A DNA stretch of 64,000 nt from Coleofasciculus chthonoplastes F2-STO-03 (GCA_040222015.1 JAVJWO010000040.1:1-64000), one strand, 5' to 3'; counted from the first letter of the stretch, positions 43,708 through 53,769 are shown. A program made the numbers and translations. Notes: generated from the sequence alone by a model not told the origin.

Positions 43708-44865
43708 TTAATCTTCTGTATCGTTTATCGCTGTGGATAAAACTGGACTGCAATTTTTTTCCACCAATGTTGTTGTCGAAACCATCGCTGCCATAAGTTG
43801 TTCAGGTGTCACATCAAACGGTAATCTGTGGATATCCGATTGCGGCTGACAAGCAATATCTGCCCCCTGGCGCAACTGTGCCAACGTGATATTCCCTAAC
43901 CCCAAATCATCAAGAGTTTGGGGTAAACCGATTTCGCGATAAAACTTTAATAACTGTTGTCGTGCAGATGCGGCAAGTTGATTCCCCTGTACCATTTCTT
44001 CTAAGCGCAATTGCACCAGAATCCCATAAGCGACTTTCTCCCCATGTAAAGCGCTGTGAGAACCAGGAAGATGGGTTAAACCATTATGCACCGCATGAGC
44101 CGCCACAGTACGACATTGCGCCCCACCTAAACCCCCAATCACACCCGCCAGCAAGACTGAAGCATCAACCACCTCTCGCCAAACCTCGCTCCCTGGCGTT
44201 TTTAGAGCGTCTGCTGACTTTTGAAACAGGATATCCCGTAACACCCTCGCCTGTTGCACCGCCGCAATAATTAAGGTTTGAGCCGAATCCCCACTACTCA
44301 CGGATGCCTCATACCATTTTGCTAAGGCGTCTCCAATTCCAGCGACTAAGGTACGTTGGGGGGCAGTTTCAATCAAGCTATAATCCAGAATCAGCAAATC
44401 TGGACAACGATTCAGACTTACATCGTACAGGAAAGCCCCTTCATTTGAGTAAATATTAGAAAGTGCTGTCCAAGCGGCACAAGTAGCGGCAGAGGTGGGA
44501 ATGGTTACAACTCGAAGGTGACATTGATGGGCTAAGAGTTTAGCGGTGTCTAAGGCTTTGCCACCCCCCACACCAATAATTAAGTCGGCTTGATGGCAGG
44601 TTGCTGCTTCTTTGAGGGATGCGAGGGAGACTTCACTGCAATCCGGACTATAAGATGCCGTAGCACAGTTTAACGACGGCTGTTTCAAAATCGGCTGTAG
44701 CTGCGGTGATAACGTCGCCAAGGTATGATTACCGCCAACAATCAGCGGACGATGACCCAAAGACGCGATCGCATCTCCAGATTGTGCTAATGCCGGGACA
44801 CCGCGCAACACCTGCGCTGGGGCAACTGTGAGCGACAGCAATGAGGGAGGAGCAGGGTTAGTCAT
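43708..44865 (-). CDS. Iron-containing alcohol/glycerol dehydrogenase family
   Basis: GVGGGKALD, PTSAATCA, GIGDALAK, AHAVHNG and HGEKVA. Confidence 0.9.
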   Translation of the reverse strand: MTNPAPPSLLSLTVAPAQVLRGVPALAQSGDAIASLGHRPLIVGGNHTLATLSPQLQPILKQPSLNCATASYSPDCSEVSLASLKEAATCHQADLIIGVGGGKALDTAKLLAHQCHLRVVTIPTSAATCAAWTALSNIYSNEGAFLYDVSLNRCPDLLILDYSLIETAPQRTLVAGIGDALAKWYEASVSSGDSAQTLIIAAVQQARVLRDILFQKSADALKTPGSEVWREVVDASVLLAGVIGGLGGAQCRTVAAHAVHNGLTHLPGSHSALHGEKVAYGILVQLRLEEMVQGNQLAASARQQLLKFYREIGLPQTLDDLGLGNITLAQLRQGADIACQPQSDIHRLPFDVTPEQLMAAMVSTTTLVEKNCSPVLSTAINDTED

Positions 44866-44934
44866 TTTTAGCAGAGGATTCAGCTAATTGATTTTTTATC
44901 TTACCTCATCTCCCCTATCTCCCCTAGCAACTCA

Positions 44935-45032
44935 GATGACGGCTTAGTTGCCTCCGTTGTCGTAGACTAAGGAAAAAGTAGACTAAGGAAAAAGGCACAG
45001 CACCAGGAATCACTGTACGGGTAAACGGGACA
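44935..45032 (-). pseudogene. ycf51: Degenerate internal fragment of ycf51 (copy of 61197-61278)
   Basis: 26 bp identical (44947-44972 = 61209-61234) plus flanking similarity and a 16-bp internal duplication. Confidence 0.85.
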
Positions 45033-45041
45033 AATTGCTAG

Positions 45042-45875
45042 TTATCCAAATTGCCAAATTGCCAATTCTTTACCTACATTTAACTGTGCATTGTCACCGA
45101 ACGTGAACGTTCTTTCTGGATGCGGTTGATCCTTCATCGTACAAACAACTTGGCGAATTCGATACCTTGGAGCAACATTCTGGGATACTTGTACCGTAAA
45201 ACCATCAGAACGATAGATGGTAATATCTCCGACGCCAGATGAGTGATAGCCAAAAGATCGAAGCAGTAATCCGAGTTCCTCATGTTCCGATACAGTCAAT
45301 TCAAGATGAACCTCTGATATATCTTCAAATAAAGACGTTTCGCAAGTATCCAATGTTTTCAGATACGCCCCACGGTCAAAGCAACCCCCAGGGGTAAGTT
45401 TGATGTTTTTATACTCTAAATAATCCTGATCAAATTCCATTAACCACGCAGCGAAGGCTTCTCTCTCTGATGGGTTGAGTGTCAAGTAATGAAACCAGGG
45501 AACTTTGCCATTTTCGGTTTGACGAACTTGCAAATCACAAAACGTTTCTTTGGCGCCGAAGGCTCTTAGTTGTTCCGCTACACTATCAATTTGTCCGGCT
45601 TGTTGAGTATTGAACCCAATACCCGAAAACCCTTCCTTCAATCCTTCAGCACCTCCTGGAGGAAAAAGTTCAAGATAGGCATAGTTGCCCCTGAGATAAA
45701 TTCCCGACCAACTCTCTGTATCCGTTTCTACGGTATCTCTGGATATTGTGCAGAATGATTGGTTAATGAACTCGGATTGGGCGATTGATTCTAGGGTGTC
45801 TGTGTCGAGCGTCACATATAAATGGTTAAATTCTATTCCCATAGTCTTACTTATTGATCTCAAACCAAGTTGCAT
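45042..45875 (-). CDS. DUF5829-like / VOC-fold hypothetical protein
   Basis: FNHLYVTLD, SWSGIYL.G..AYLELF, VPWF and WLMEF. Confidence 0.6.
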   Translation of the reverse strand: MQLGLRSISKTMGIEFNHLYVTLDTDTLESIAQSEFINQSFCTISRDTVETDTESWSGIYLRGNYAYLELFPPGGAEGLKEGFSGIGFNTQQAGQIDSVAEQLRAFGAKETFCDLQVRQTENGKVPWFHYLTLNPSEREAFAAWLMEFDQDYLEYKNIKLTPGGCFDRGAYLKTLDTCETSLFEDISEVHLELTVSEHEELGLLLRSFGYHSSGVGDITIYRSDGFTVQVSQNVAPRYRIRQVVCTMKDQPHPERTFTFGDNAQLNVGKELAIWQFG

Positions 45876-46167
45876 TCTATTATGTCTAGGAAGAGCGAAG
45901 CCTAGTTACCCATAACCTTTATCTGTAGGGTGCGTTAGCGGAGCGTAACGCACCATCTTAGCGAAGCGTAACGCACCATCAAGACCTCTAAAATTGTGGG
46001 ATAGATTTGACGGTTTGATGGTCGCACGTCGGTGCGCCCCTACAATTCTAATCTACCATTTTAGGTGTGCCGAGCCAGTCGAGTAACCCAACAGGCTAAC
46101 GATGGTGTTGGGTTTCGCTTACGCTCTACCCAACCTACGAGAACTCTGGCAATCTTGTTATGACTGT

Positions 46168-46222
46168 TGACAAATGACAAATGACAAATGACAAATGACA
46201 AATGACAAATGACAAATGACAA
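46168..46222. repeat. Heptamer STRR (tgacaaa)n
   Basis: Seen directly. Confidence 0.9.
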
Positions 46223-46226
46223 AGAA

Positions 46227-49200
46227 TCAACTGTGAGACTTTCCAGGGATTGACCAGCGCTTGATCCGACCAATGGTGACGGGCATATTCAGCGCCACAT
46301 CTAGGGTAAACCGGAAGACTCGCCGCGATCGCCGACCGTTTTCCGGGTCAAAGAAGATTAGTAATACATCCCAGCAATCGCTATTAATCCGGCAGTAGGG
46401 GCTTTTCTTCACCTCAATGGTGTCCAGTTGACGCTCAGAGGCGATCGCTTCGGCAAAGACGGAGGCGGATTGGAAGATGTTGGTGGCGGCGAAGTTGAGG
46501 GCGCGATCGCGTGAGGTTTGTCCCAGGTTACGCAAGTCGTGGTAGACGCGGTTCAGGAAGGCGCTCAAGGCTTCCCGGATTAGGGGTTCTTGGTCGGGGT
46601 CAAATCGGTTACTAATGGCGGCTAGGGCAGCGTTTACTAGGGCGTTGACGGTCCAACCATACATCCCGCGCACGTTATTTACGGTTACAACAGGCACGAC
46701 TTCCCCGGAAAAGAGTTCCACAGTGCGGGTGGTGCGGCGAGCGGGTAGACTGATCCGCTCCACAAAGCCATCGCTGGTGTCTGGCTCTAATTGCCCTGCT
46801 AACATCAGCAGGAAAACTTCGTAAATGTCGTCGGCAAAGGGTCCTTTGGGTTCTAAGACATAGATGGTGTTTTGATCCAGGTTGAGTGTCCAGATTAGGG
46901 AGCGCCGTTCGTCGGGGTAGCGATCTAGGTGTTCCAGCATTTGGCGCGGATCGTAGGGGTCTGGCGGTACCATGATGCCATCAATTTCGGCAGGTGCCAT
47001 TAGTTGCTTGAATGTATCGCGGCGGGCTTCGTCGCCAAAGTCGTAGCCCAGGGTGCCAAGGGCGTAAACGTTACCGGAAAAGGCGGTGCTGGCTTCAACA
47101 GTGGCGGGGTTGGCTAGTGCAGCATCGGAGTCAGCCGCCGCGATAACCGAGGCTTCTGTGGGTGTAGCGGGTTGTACGGCGGGGCTGGCGGGGGTGGGCA
47201 TGGCATAGCCAGGGCGTTGGGTGCGGGTTACTTGGTCGCCAGCAAAGGAAATCGTGACCGAGGGTTGACCAAATAGCACCTTCATCGCGCCAGAGATATT
47301 CACAAAGCCGCGTAAACAGCGATCGGGTTCTTCGACAACATCGGGGTCACAAGGAATGGCGGTGTTGAGGAGTGCCATGCGGACGGCTTCGGCATCGACG
47401 GGTTTGCCTTCTTGCAGTTGCAGACTCATCAGCAGGGCAGAAATCCCGGTCATTACTGGTGCAGCAATACTTGTACCCTTTTGGCGTACAGGTTCATCTG
47501 TGGCGGGTTGTGCACACAGAACATCCTCACCCGGAGTCATGATGCCCTCTTCTGCATAGTTACCACCCCAATTGCTATAGGGTTGGGGCATACCATCTTT
47601 TTTCATCGCTCCCACAGCCAGGGTTCCTGGTAGCACAGCGGGAATACACCAGCATTCGCCTTTATCGTTGCCAGCGGGAGCCACAATCAAGATGTTGTTG
47701 TCTTGACACTTTTTCACAGTTTGGACTAGGAGTTCTTCCCCTTTACCTGTTTGGGTAGGACGACAAGCGGCACAGTGAATAATGTTTGCCCCCAAATCCA
47801 GGGCTAACTCGAAGCTACGGGCAAGATTCAAAGGAGACATCATTTCCGAGCTGCCCATGCTGTTGATTGGTACATTAATCACTCGACAGTTGGGTGCCAA
47901 ACCGGGAGCTGGGGTGTGTTCCTGACCCACAATTACGCTGGTGACATGACAAGCATGGCGATCCATATAAATGCGGTCGGCAAGCGAGTCGGACAGAGCC
48001 GCTTCTAAAGCCGCCAGTTTAGCTTTGCCTTTCAAATCACTGTTATCGATTTCCCGGTATGTTGCGTGGTCTTCTGGAGAAATCGGCTCTGGAGTCTCAT
48101 GCCAATAGGGAAAAACCTTAGAGACTTCAGCACCCTCAAAACACGACAATGTATGGTCGGGGCTACCGTCCAAAATTACGATCGTGATGCGAGGATCACC
48201 CAGAGTTTGGTTGCGTAGGTTTACCAGTCCGGGAATGGAATTATCCAGGTCATGGGGGTGGAGTGCCACCGATATTTGGGTTGCAGAACTCTCAACCTCA
48301 CTTGCTAAGATAGCTGCCAATTCAATTTTATCTTCCCCACTATCTGATTCAATTTTATTCGCAAAAACATCTGAATTTATTGTTTCCACCGATTCTTCTA
48401 AAGCATCTATCTCAAAAGCCTGAGTGACAATTTCCTCAACTTGAATTAATGCCTTGTCAGACGCGCACACAGACTCTGTAGTATCTGTAGGTTGAGTTAA
48501 GGAGCGACACTCAACATCAGCAGGCTCAGGTTCCACTTCATCCTTATCAAATGCCTCTTCATTCACTGAATTTGACACCTCTGATGAGTCTACAGAAATA
48601 TCAAACTTAGTGTATGACTTAACCCTACTTGCGGCAACATCCCAGTTCAGTCTTGATCCCAACATAAACTCACCCACCGCCGACTCTTGCACATAGTCCA
48701 ACCTAGCTGCTCGCCCAAAACCATCACTATCTCCACTTCCCAGAGCACAGGGAGCCAGCCCCATATTCGTCGCGACTAAGTAAAGGTTGTACTGCAACAC
48801 CCCAACGTGTTTGAGTACTAACGCATAGGCAACGGAGCGATACTTGCGGAATAGCCGTCCAAACCGCGCCGTAATCACTAGAAGTACTTGTGGTTTTGGT
48901 TCATAGTAAACATAAGGTTCCAGAGCCAAGACATTCTCCGACTCAGCAATCTGCTCTAGTTGGTGATTCAGTGGGTCGTAATGATATAGCCCTTTGAGCA
49001 AACCTTCGCAATGTCGCACTACCAGATAAATCTCTAGCTCGTACATTGCTCCGGCACTAGGGTAGGGACGGCGTCTCGACTCACCATATTCAAAGTCAAG
49101 CTCCAAACCTGCTTGCCGTTTCCAATCATCACCAAACTTATCTTCAGGTCGGTAAATTTCTTTGACACGCGCCGTACGATAAAGCAGTTCACCTAATTGC

Positions 49201-50069
49201 TCAATCCTAATTGGATGCATTTCATCGTATTCTCGAATCGATTCCCTTGCTTCGATTGCTTCCGTTAGCTTGGCATCGTTGCACATCAACCCCTCTAGGC
49301 TCGGACGTGGCAGTGGTGTAATTTTGTGGCTCATGGGCGGCTTGATCACCGGAAAATCCGACCATTGGTCAATACAACGCTGGATATCCTCTCCTGGGTA
49401 GTCATGGCGACCCAAGCGGCTGCGGCTGTGGAAAAGCAAGTTATGGAAGTCCCAAAGCTGAAGCGAGGGGGATTCAGAGTCAACGCTTAGGAAGCCCGAT
49501 GCCCATAACAGGTCGAGAAACTGATAGGCTGTTTCCGGTCCCAGATAGGGAGGAGGAGTTAATCTGGCTAGAAACTGGGGCTGGGCGAGTTGGGCTATTA
49601 GCGCACTAGCCCGCCAGTCGAGAAGTTTTACCCGAAACGGCGAAAGTGGGGATTCCAGCACCATCGCATTTTCGTAGGAATGCTGGTAGGCAAAGCGCGA
49701 GAGGCTCACACTTGAATGTGTCCAAGCAGGTTCGATCAGGTTAAGCTTGGCAGTTTGTACCATCGGGATCGCTACGGCTAGCGGCAATACCGCATAACAT
49801 AGCCAACCTCGTTCTTCTAGCTGTTGCAACGTCACTGCGAACTGCTCCCCAGCAGCCTTACCTTCTCGTTCTGCTAGGGCTTGCACCAGTGCTTCGGCAG
49901 TGGTACGACCTTCCTGAAGGTGTTTGAGAGCGTTGCTAAGTCCAGGGGTTGTGGCAAGGTTCAGCAAGGCAGTCGAAGTTAGCCCTCTCGCCGCTAGGGT
50001 ATATTGGTCTTCAGACGTTGTGATTTCAATAGCAGGGTTGAGAGAAATGGCAAAGGGGTAGATGATCAT
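46227..50069 (-). CDS. patG: Cyanobactin PatG-family azoline oxidase - macrocyclase - DUF protein
   Basis: SagB/ThcOx oxidase (RRPYPSAGAMYELE, YALVLKHVG), subtilisin triad (ILDG, HACHV, GTSIA) with helical insertion, and C-terminal DUF (GYDFGDEARRD, SPYCR..SDCWD). Confidence 0.95.
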   Translation of the reverse strand: MIIYPFAISLNPAIEITTSEDQYTLAARGLTSTALLNLATTPGLSNALKHLQEGRTTAEALVQALAEREGKAAGEQFAVTLQQLEERGWLCYAVLPLAVAIPMVQTAKLNLIEPAWTHSSVSLSRFAYQHSYENAMVLESPLSPFRVKLLDWRASALIAQLAQPQFLARLTPPPYLGPETAYQFLDLLWASGFLSVDSESPSLQLWDFHNLLFHSRSRLGRHDYPGEDIQRCIDQWSDFPVIKPPMSHKITPLPRPSLEGLMCNDAKLTEAIEARESIREYDEMHPIRIEQLGELLYRTARVKEIYRPEDKFGDDWKRQAGLELDFEYGESRRRPYPSAGAMYELEIYLVVRHCEGLLKGLYHYDPLNHQLEQIAESENVLALEPYVYYEPKPQVLLVITARFGRLFRKYRSVAYALVLKHVGVLQYNLYLVATNMGLAPCALGSGDSDGFGRAARLDYVQESAVGEFMLGSRLNWDVAASRVKSYTKFDISVDSSEVSNSVNEEAFDKDEVEPEPADVECRSLTQPTDTTESVCASDKALIQVEEIVTQAFEIDALEESVETINSDVFANKIESDSGEDKIELAAILASEVESSATQISVALHPHDLDNSIPGLVNLRNQTLGDPRITIVILDGSPDHTLSCFEGAEVSKVFPYWHETPEPISPEDHATYREIDNSDLKGKAKLAALEAALSDSLADRIYMDRHACHVTSVIVGQEHTPAPGLAPNCRVINVPINSMGSSEMMSPLNLARSFELALDLGANIIHCAACRPTQTGKGEELLVQTVKKCQDNNILIVAPAGNDKGECWCIPAVLPGTLAVGAMKKDGMPQPYSNWGGNYAEEGIMTPGEDVLCAQPATDEPVRQKGTSIAAPVMTGISALLMSLQLQEGKPVDAEAVRMALLNTAIPCDPDVVEEPDRCLRGFVNISGAMKVLFGQPSVTISFAGDQVTRTQRPGYAMPTPASPAVQPATPTEASVIAAADSDAALANPATVEASTAFSGNVYALGTLGYDFGDEARRDTFKQLMAPAEIDGIMVPPDPYDPRQMLEHLDRYPDERRSLIWTLNLDQNTIYVLEPKGPFADDIYEVFLLMLAGQLEPDTSDGFVERISLPARRTTRTVELFSGEVVPVVTVNNVRGMYGWTVNALVNAALAAISNRFDPDQEPLIREALSAFLNRVYHDLRNLGQTSRDRALNFAATNIFQSASVFAEAIASERQLDTIEVKKSPYCRINSDCWDVLLIFFDPENGRRSRRVFRFTLDVALNMPVTIGRIKRWSIPGKSHS

Positions 50070-50125
50070 AGTTATGAATTTTGTTAAATCAATTCCTCAT
50101 TTGCATAACATTTCGTTAAATTTTT

Positions 50126-51073
50126 TCACAAAATCTTGATGCTATGCCTTGATTTATCTAGTTGGGTGTAGTAAAATCTAAATTCATTTAAGCAATTGTT
50201 CTCCGTTTCTCGCTCAGTAACACCTACCCAAGTGAATGCATTAGCCTCTTGATTTTTGCAAAAGGAATAGATTCTGTTACCCAAATCGTTAAAGGAAAAA
50301 TAATTAGGAATATATTCGATTTCCTTAAAACCAAAATATAAAACTGGCTCTAAATTTGCCTTAGAGAAGCCCACATTAAGAAGGTCTGAAGCCTCAAAGA
50401 TGGAAACAATTTTTTTTGTAAATTTTTTTCGTATGTAAGGTCTTAAGCATCTTCCCCAATTACCCCGAAGTTCATGTTTGCCTCCCGGAGTAGTAGCATA
50501 TAGCTCTATATAGCTACGACCATCCAAGAAAAAATCAAATCCGATCAGTGTTACACTTTTTAACAGAATTTCTGTCAATTCAGCTGAGTAGTGACCCCCA
50601 TCAAGAGTGAGCGCTGTCCTCACCAGCTCTTCAGGATTTTCCTCTCTATTGATATGAATGTGTATTTTTACACTGGAGTCCTCAAGTTTCGGGTGTAAAT
50701 CGATTCCTACAGTATTGCCAACAATTTTTTTAGACTCAATATGTATGGCTAAGAAACGCTGAAGCAAGTCGCGGTTAATTTCAACACCTATCCGAGTTTC
50801 GATTCGATCTAAAAACTGTAGAGCTTGTACCAAAGATTTTGGCCAGGTATGTACTAGCTCACCACGAGCTGCAAAACGCCCTGCGAATAACCGATTGCCT
50901 TCAACTTTGCAAGAGGCTTCAATACCACAAGGGTATTCTATTTCAAGAACTACTTCCTCAAAAATCTTGATAGGAAATGTTGGTTCTACATCAAAAACAT
51001 TTTGATGGGTACGCATAAACTGGAGACGACGCTCTCGCAGCTGATGATATTGTAGTATGGAAGTTATGGTCAC
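50126..51073 (-). CDS. Cyanobactin ABBA prenyltransferase, TruF1/LynF-like (apparently catalytically intact)
   Basis: IEASCK, FAGRF, VGIDL, SVKIH, IELY, PVLYF and FRFYY motifs. Confidence 0.9.
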   Translation of the reverse strand: MTITSILQYHQLRERRLQFMRTHQNVFDVEPTFPIKIFEEVVLEIEYPCGIEASCKVEGNRLFAGRFAARGELVHTWPKSLVQALQFLDRIETRIGVEINRDLLQRFLAIHIESKKIVGNTVGIDLHPKLEDSSVKIHIHINREENPEELVRTALTLDGGHYSAELTEILLKSVTLIGFDFFLDGRSYIELYATTPGGKHELRGNWGRCLRPYIRKKFTKKIVSIFEASDLLNVGFSKANLEPVLYFGFKEIEYIPNYFSFNDLGNRIYSFCKNQEANAFTWVGVTERETENNCLNEFRFYYTQLDKSRHSIKIL

Positions 51074-51182
51074 AATTTCATTTCCTCACGAGAAATATAT
51101 TCACATTAATTTGATGAAGTATAAAAAACCGTGGTTAGGTTGTTACGGCTGATTCCTGCTTGAAATTCTTTTGAAATATAAA

Positions 51183-52142
51183 CTATCCCACATAATGTTG
51201 ACATTGATCGCGTTTATTATATGAAAAACTGAAATTTTCCAATCTATAACTGTTTAACTCTCGCTCCTTGAAAGTTAAGGCAGCGTAATTCACACAATCC
51301 TGACTTATAACAAAATCGTAAATTCTATTTCCCAAGCTGTTGAACAAAACATATTTTTTCAGGTCTCTAATATTTCTAACATGGACAGATAAACTTGGTT
51401 CCACTTTTGTCCTAGGAAAATGAATGATCAAAAATAAGGAAGCTTCAAATAGGGATATGACTTTTTTAGAAAAGTGTTTCTGAATATAAGGCGTCAAATA
51501 TATTCCTCGATTTCTGGGGAAATCTTTCCCTTGACCTCCTGGAGAGCCAGACCAAAGTTCCACATCGCTGCGACCATTCAAAAAAAGATTGAATCCAATC
51601 AAAACCGTATCTTTAAGCAGTACCTGTAATAATTCAGGCGAGTAGCTACCACCATCAAGTGTGAGGGCTGTCCTTACTAACTCTTCCGGATCTTCTGCCA
51701 ATTCAAGATGCATATATATTTTAATGCAAGAATTCTCAATTTTTGGTCGCAAGTCAATTCCTATTGTGTTATTTGTAATTTTGTGAGAGCCAATATGAAC
51801 TTCTACAAACTGCTGTAGCAAATCACGATTAAGTTTAATGCCCACTCTACTTTCAACTTTATTCAATAATTTTACAGCATCGTTTAAGGAACTAGGCCAG
51901 GTATGCTCTTCATGAGAAACCTGATAATCTGTAGCAAAAAGCTGATCGCCTTCAACATGGCAAGTCGGTTCAACACCACAAGCGCCTTCCATACTTTGAA
52001 CGGCTTCTTCAAAGAGAGAGAGAATAAAGATTGGTTCTAAATCGAAAGCATCTTGATGGATACGCATAAACTGGAGACGATGCTCTCGCAAATTGTTTTG
52101 TTTAAATATACGAGTTAGATTCATAAGATATTCTTGTTTCAA
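51183..52142 (-). CDS. Cyanobactin PatF/TruF2-like prenyltransferase homolog (motifs degenerate)
   Basis: Same family (RLQFMR.HQ.AFD, NNTIGIDL, FNSLGNRIY), but FATDY, VELW and FSFSY replace the R/Y motifs. Confidence 0.88.
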   Translation of the reverse strand: MKQEYLMNLTRIFKQNNLREHRLQFMRIHQDAFDLEPIFILSLFEEAVQSMEGACGVEPTCHVEGDQLFATDYQVSHEEHTWPSSLNDAVKLLNKVESRVGIKLNRDLLQQFVEVHIGSHKITNNTIGIDLRPKIENSCIKIYMHLELAEDPEELVRTALTLDGGSYSPELLQVLLKDTVLIGFNLFLNGRSDVELWSGSPGGQGKDFPRNRGIYLTPYIQKHFSKKVISLFEASLFLIIHFPRTKVEPSLSVHVRNIRDLKKYVLFNSLGNRIYDFVISQDCVNYAALTFKERELNSYRLENFSFSYNKRDQCQHYVG

Positions 52143-52585
52143 AGAGTAAGTTGAATTTACGCGATCTAGTGGGAACTATTTTATTGAGTTACAGTTTATA
52201 GTCACAGAAAATTCTCGCTAAAGGCATGAGATACATTTTTAACCTAAAGAAGGCGAGGTAGATGAGATAACTGCATAGTTTTATGTATGTTTTAGTTTAC
52301 CTCAAGCCTCGCCTTTAGAGTAAAGCCTAGATAAAACTTCAGTGTTCAGACAGTTAACCACTGTGCAACCGAGACAAATAGACTTCACCTACAGCAAATA
52401 TACTGCACGAAGGCATCAACTGAGTTTTTTCACCAGCTTGCTTTTTTACGTTTTATTTTCCAGCACTCTGTTTGAGTTTTTTCCGTCTAGAAATTAAGGA
52501 AAACGCCAAAGCGCACCTCACGCAGTATAAGTATATTAGAGTGCAGATGCTTCTACACCTAATCGTCAGATGCTTCTACACCTAA

Positions 52586-52801
52586 TCAATCATCATAGGA
52601 GCAGGCACAAGTAGGAGCACACATGGATGCACCTACGCCATCATCATAGGAGCAGGCACAAGTAGGAGCACAAATAGATGCACCTACACCACTACCACCT
52701 AGAGCTTCCTCACAGAGTTCAGCCAAGTGGCTGGGGAGTTTACCATTGGTGCTGCGGATCACGGGTTTGCCTTGTTGGGGCAGAATGTTTTTCTTGTCCA
52801 T
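52586..52801 (-). CDS. patE: Cyanobactin precursor peptide (71 aa), cores ICAPTCAC and MCAPTCAC
   Basis: MDKKNILPQQGKPV leader, LAELCEEAL RSI, GVGAS RSII, SYDD RSIII; GAGGA RBS before ATG 52801. Confidence 0.97.
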   Translation of the reverse strand: MDKKNILPQQGKPVIRSTNGKLPSHLAELCEEALGGSGVGASICAPTCACSYDDGVGASMCAPTCACSYDD

Positions 52802-52929
52802 TGGACTAATCCTCATATTGTTGTTTACTTTGTTAACCCGTTGGGGTGGGTTAGTCCCCTTCCACCTTGCGGCGAAGCTTGTTAGTTGGCACCTGGTTTG
52901 AAGAGAATTATGAGTTGCCAATCAAATTC

Positions 52930-53352
52930 TTAAATATCTGGTGGATGCCAATTTTCAGCCACCCAAATTTGGCGTGATCCGATCGCATAGTCGTTGTTGA
53001 CTTTTAGAGCAGAGACAGTGGCTCGACCAACTGCGGTCAATCCCTTAATTTGTGTACCTTCCTCTATCCAGGCAAAATGTTCAGCCCAAACCTGTTTCCG
53101 GGGATGAAACAGGGTGACAAGTTTTCCTGTTTGGGGGTCAATCCCTTGAGTCTTGGCTCCTTTAAACAGATTGCAGCGATAGCATGAAGCCGCCAGATTA
53201 GCGCGATCGCTACTTCCGCCTAGAGCGCGAGGAATAATGTGGTCAATCACAAGTGGCATTCCGATTAAACATTGTTGGGTTTGACAATATTCGCAACATT
53301 CCTGGGCTTGCGAAATCACCTGTTGACGAATCCCTGGAGAGACAAAGGACAT
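52930..53352 (-). CDS. HNH endonuclease
   Basis: CEYC, IDHIIP, NLAASCYRCN and LFHPR. Confidence 0.9.
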   Translation of the reverse strand: MSFVSPGIRQQVISQAQECCEYCQTQQCLIGMPLVIDHIIPRALGGSSDRANLAASCYRCNLFKGAKTQGIDPQTGKLVTLFHPRKQVWAEHFAWIEEGTQIKGLTAVGRATVSALKVNNDYAIGSRQIWVAENWHPPDI

Positions 53353-53355
53353 GGG

Positions 53356-53769
53356 TTAGTTGCCAGAGAGTTGGCTCAAATCGCGGATGGGCTGCCCTCG
53401 CCACCGTAAGATGGCACAGGCATGAGCTTTTTTGAGCATGAATCGATCCGCAGCTTGGGAGAGTTCCTGCAATTCTTGATGCTCGGCTTCTGAGAGTAAG
53501 CCCTCCTGATTGCGTTCTAGCAGGGTGATATGGCGTTCCTGTTGCTCCACAGGAATCTGGCTTTGGGCAATTTGCCGCAGAGCTTCAACGCTCAGAGTTG
53601 GCAGGGTTAACAGTTCACTCCGAGCTTCAACCGGAGCCGTTTCAATCGCCGGGGGTAAATTGCCGGTGATACTTTGAATCACCAGATAGGACAACGGTTG
53701 GTTGGTCAGTTCTGCCAGTCGAGATAGGCGTTCAAAGGCAGATTCAGGCAGGTCGATGGTAAGTTGCAT
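53356..53769 (-). CDS. Partner (antitoxin-like) protein of the HNH gene
   Basis: MQLTIDLPE N-terminus and LKKAHACAILRWRG C-terminus; translationally adjacent to the HNH gene. Confidence 0.7.
   Translation of the reverse strand: MQLTIDLPESAFERLSRLAELTNQPLSYLVIQSITGNLPPAIETAPVEARSELLTLPTLSVEALRQIAQSQIPVEQQERHITLLERNQEGLLSEAEHQELQELSQAADRFMLKKAHACAILRWRGQPIRDLSQLSGN

Noticed and set aside
52802..52921. N-terminal extension of the precursor in the 111-aa ORF call
   Set aside because: The canonical MDKKNILP start at 52801 has its own RBS; the upstream part is probably UTR.
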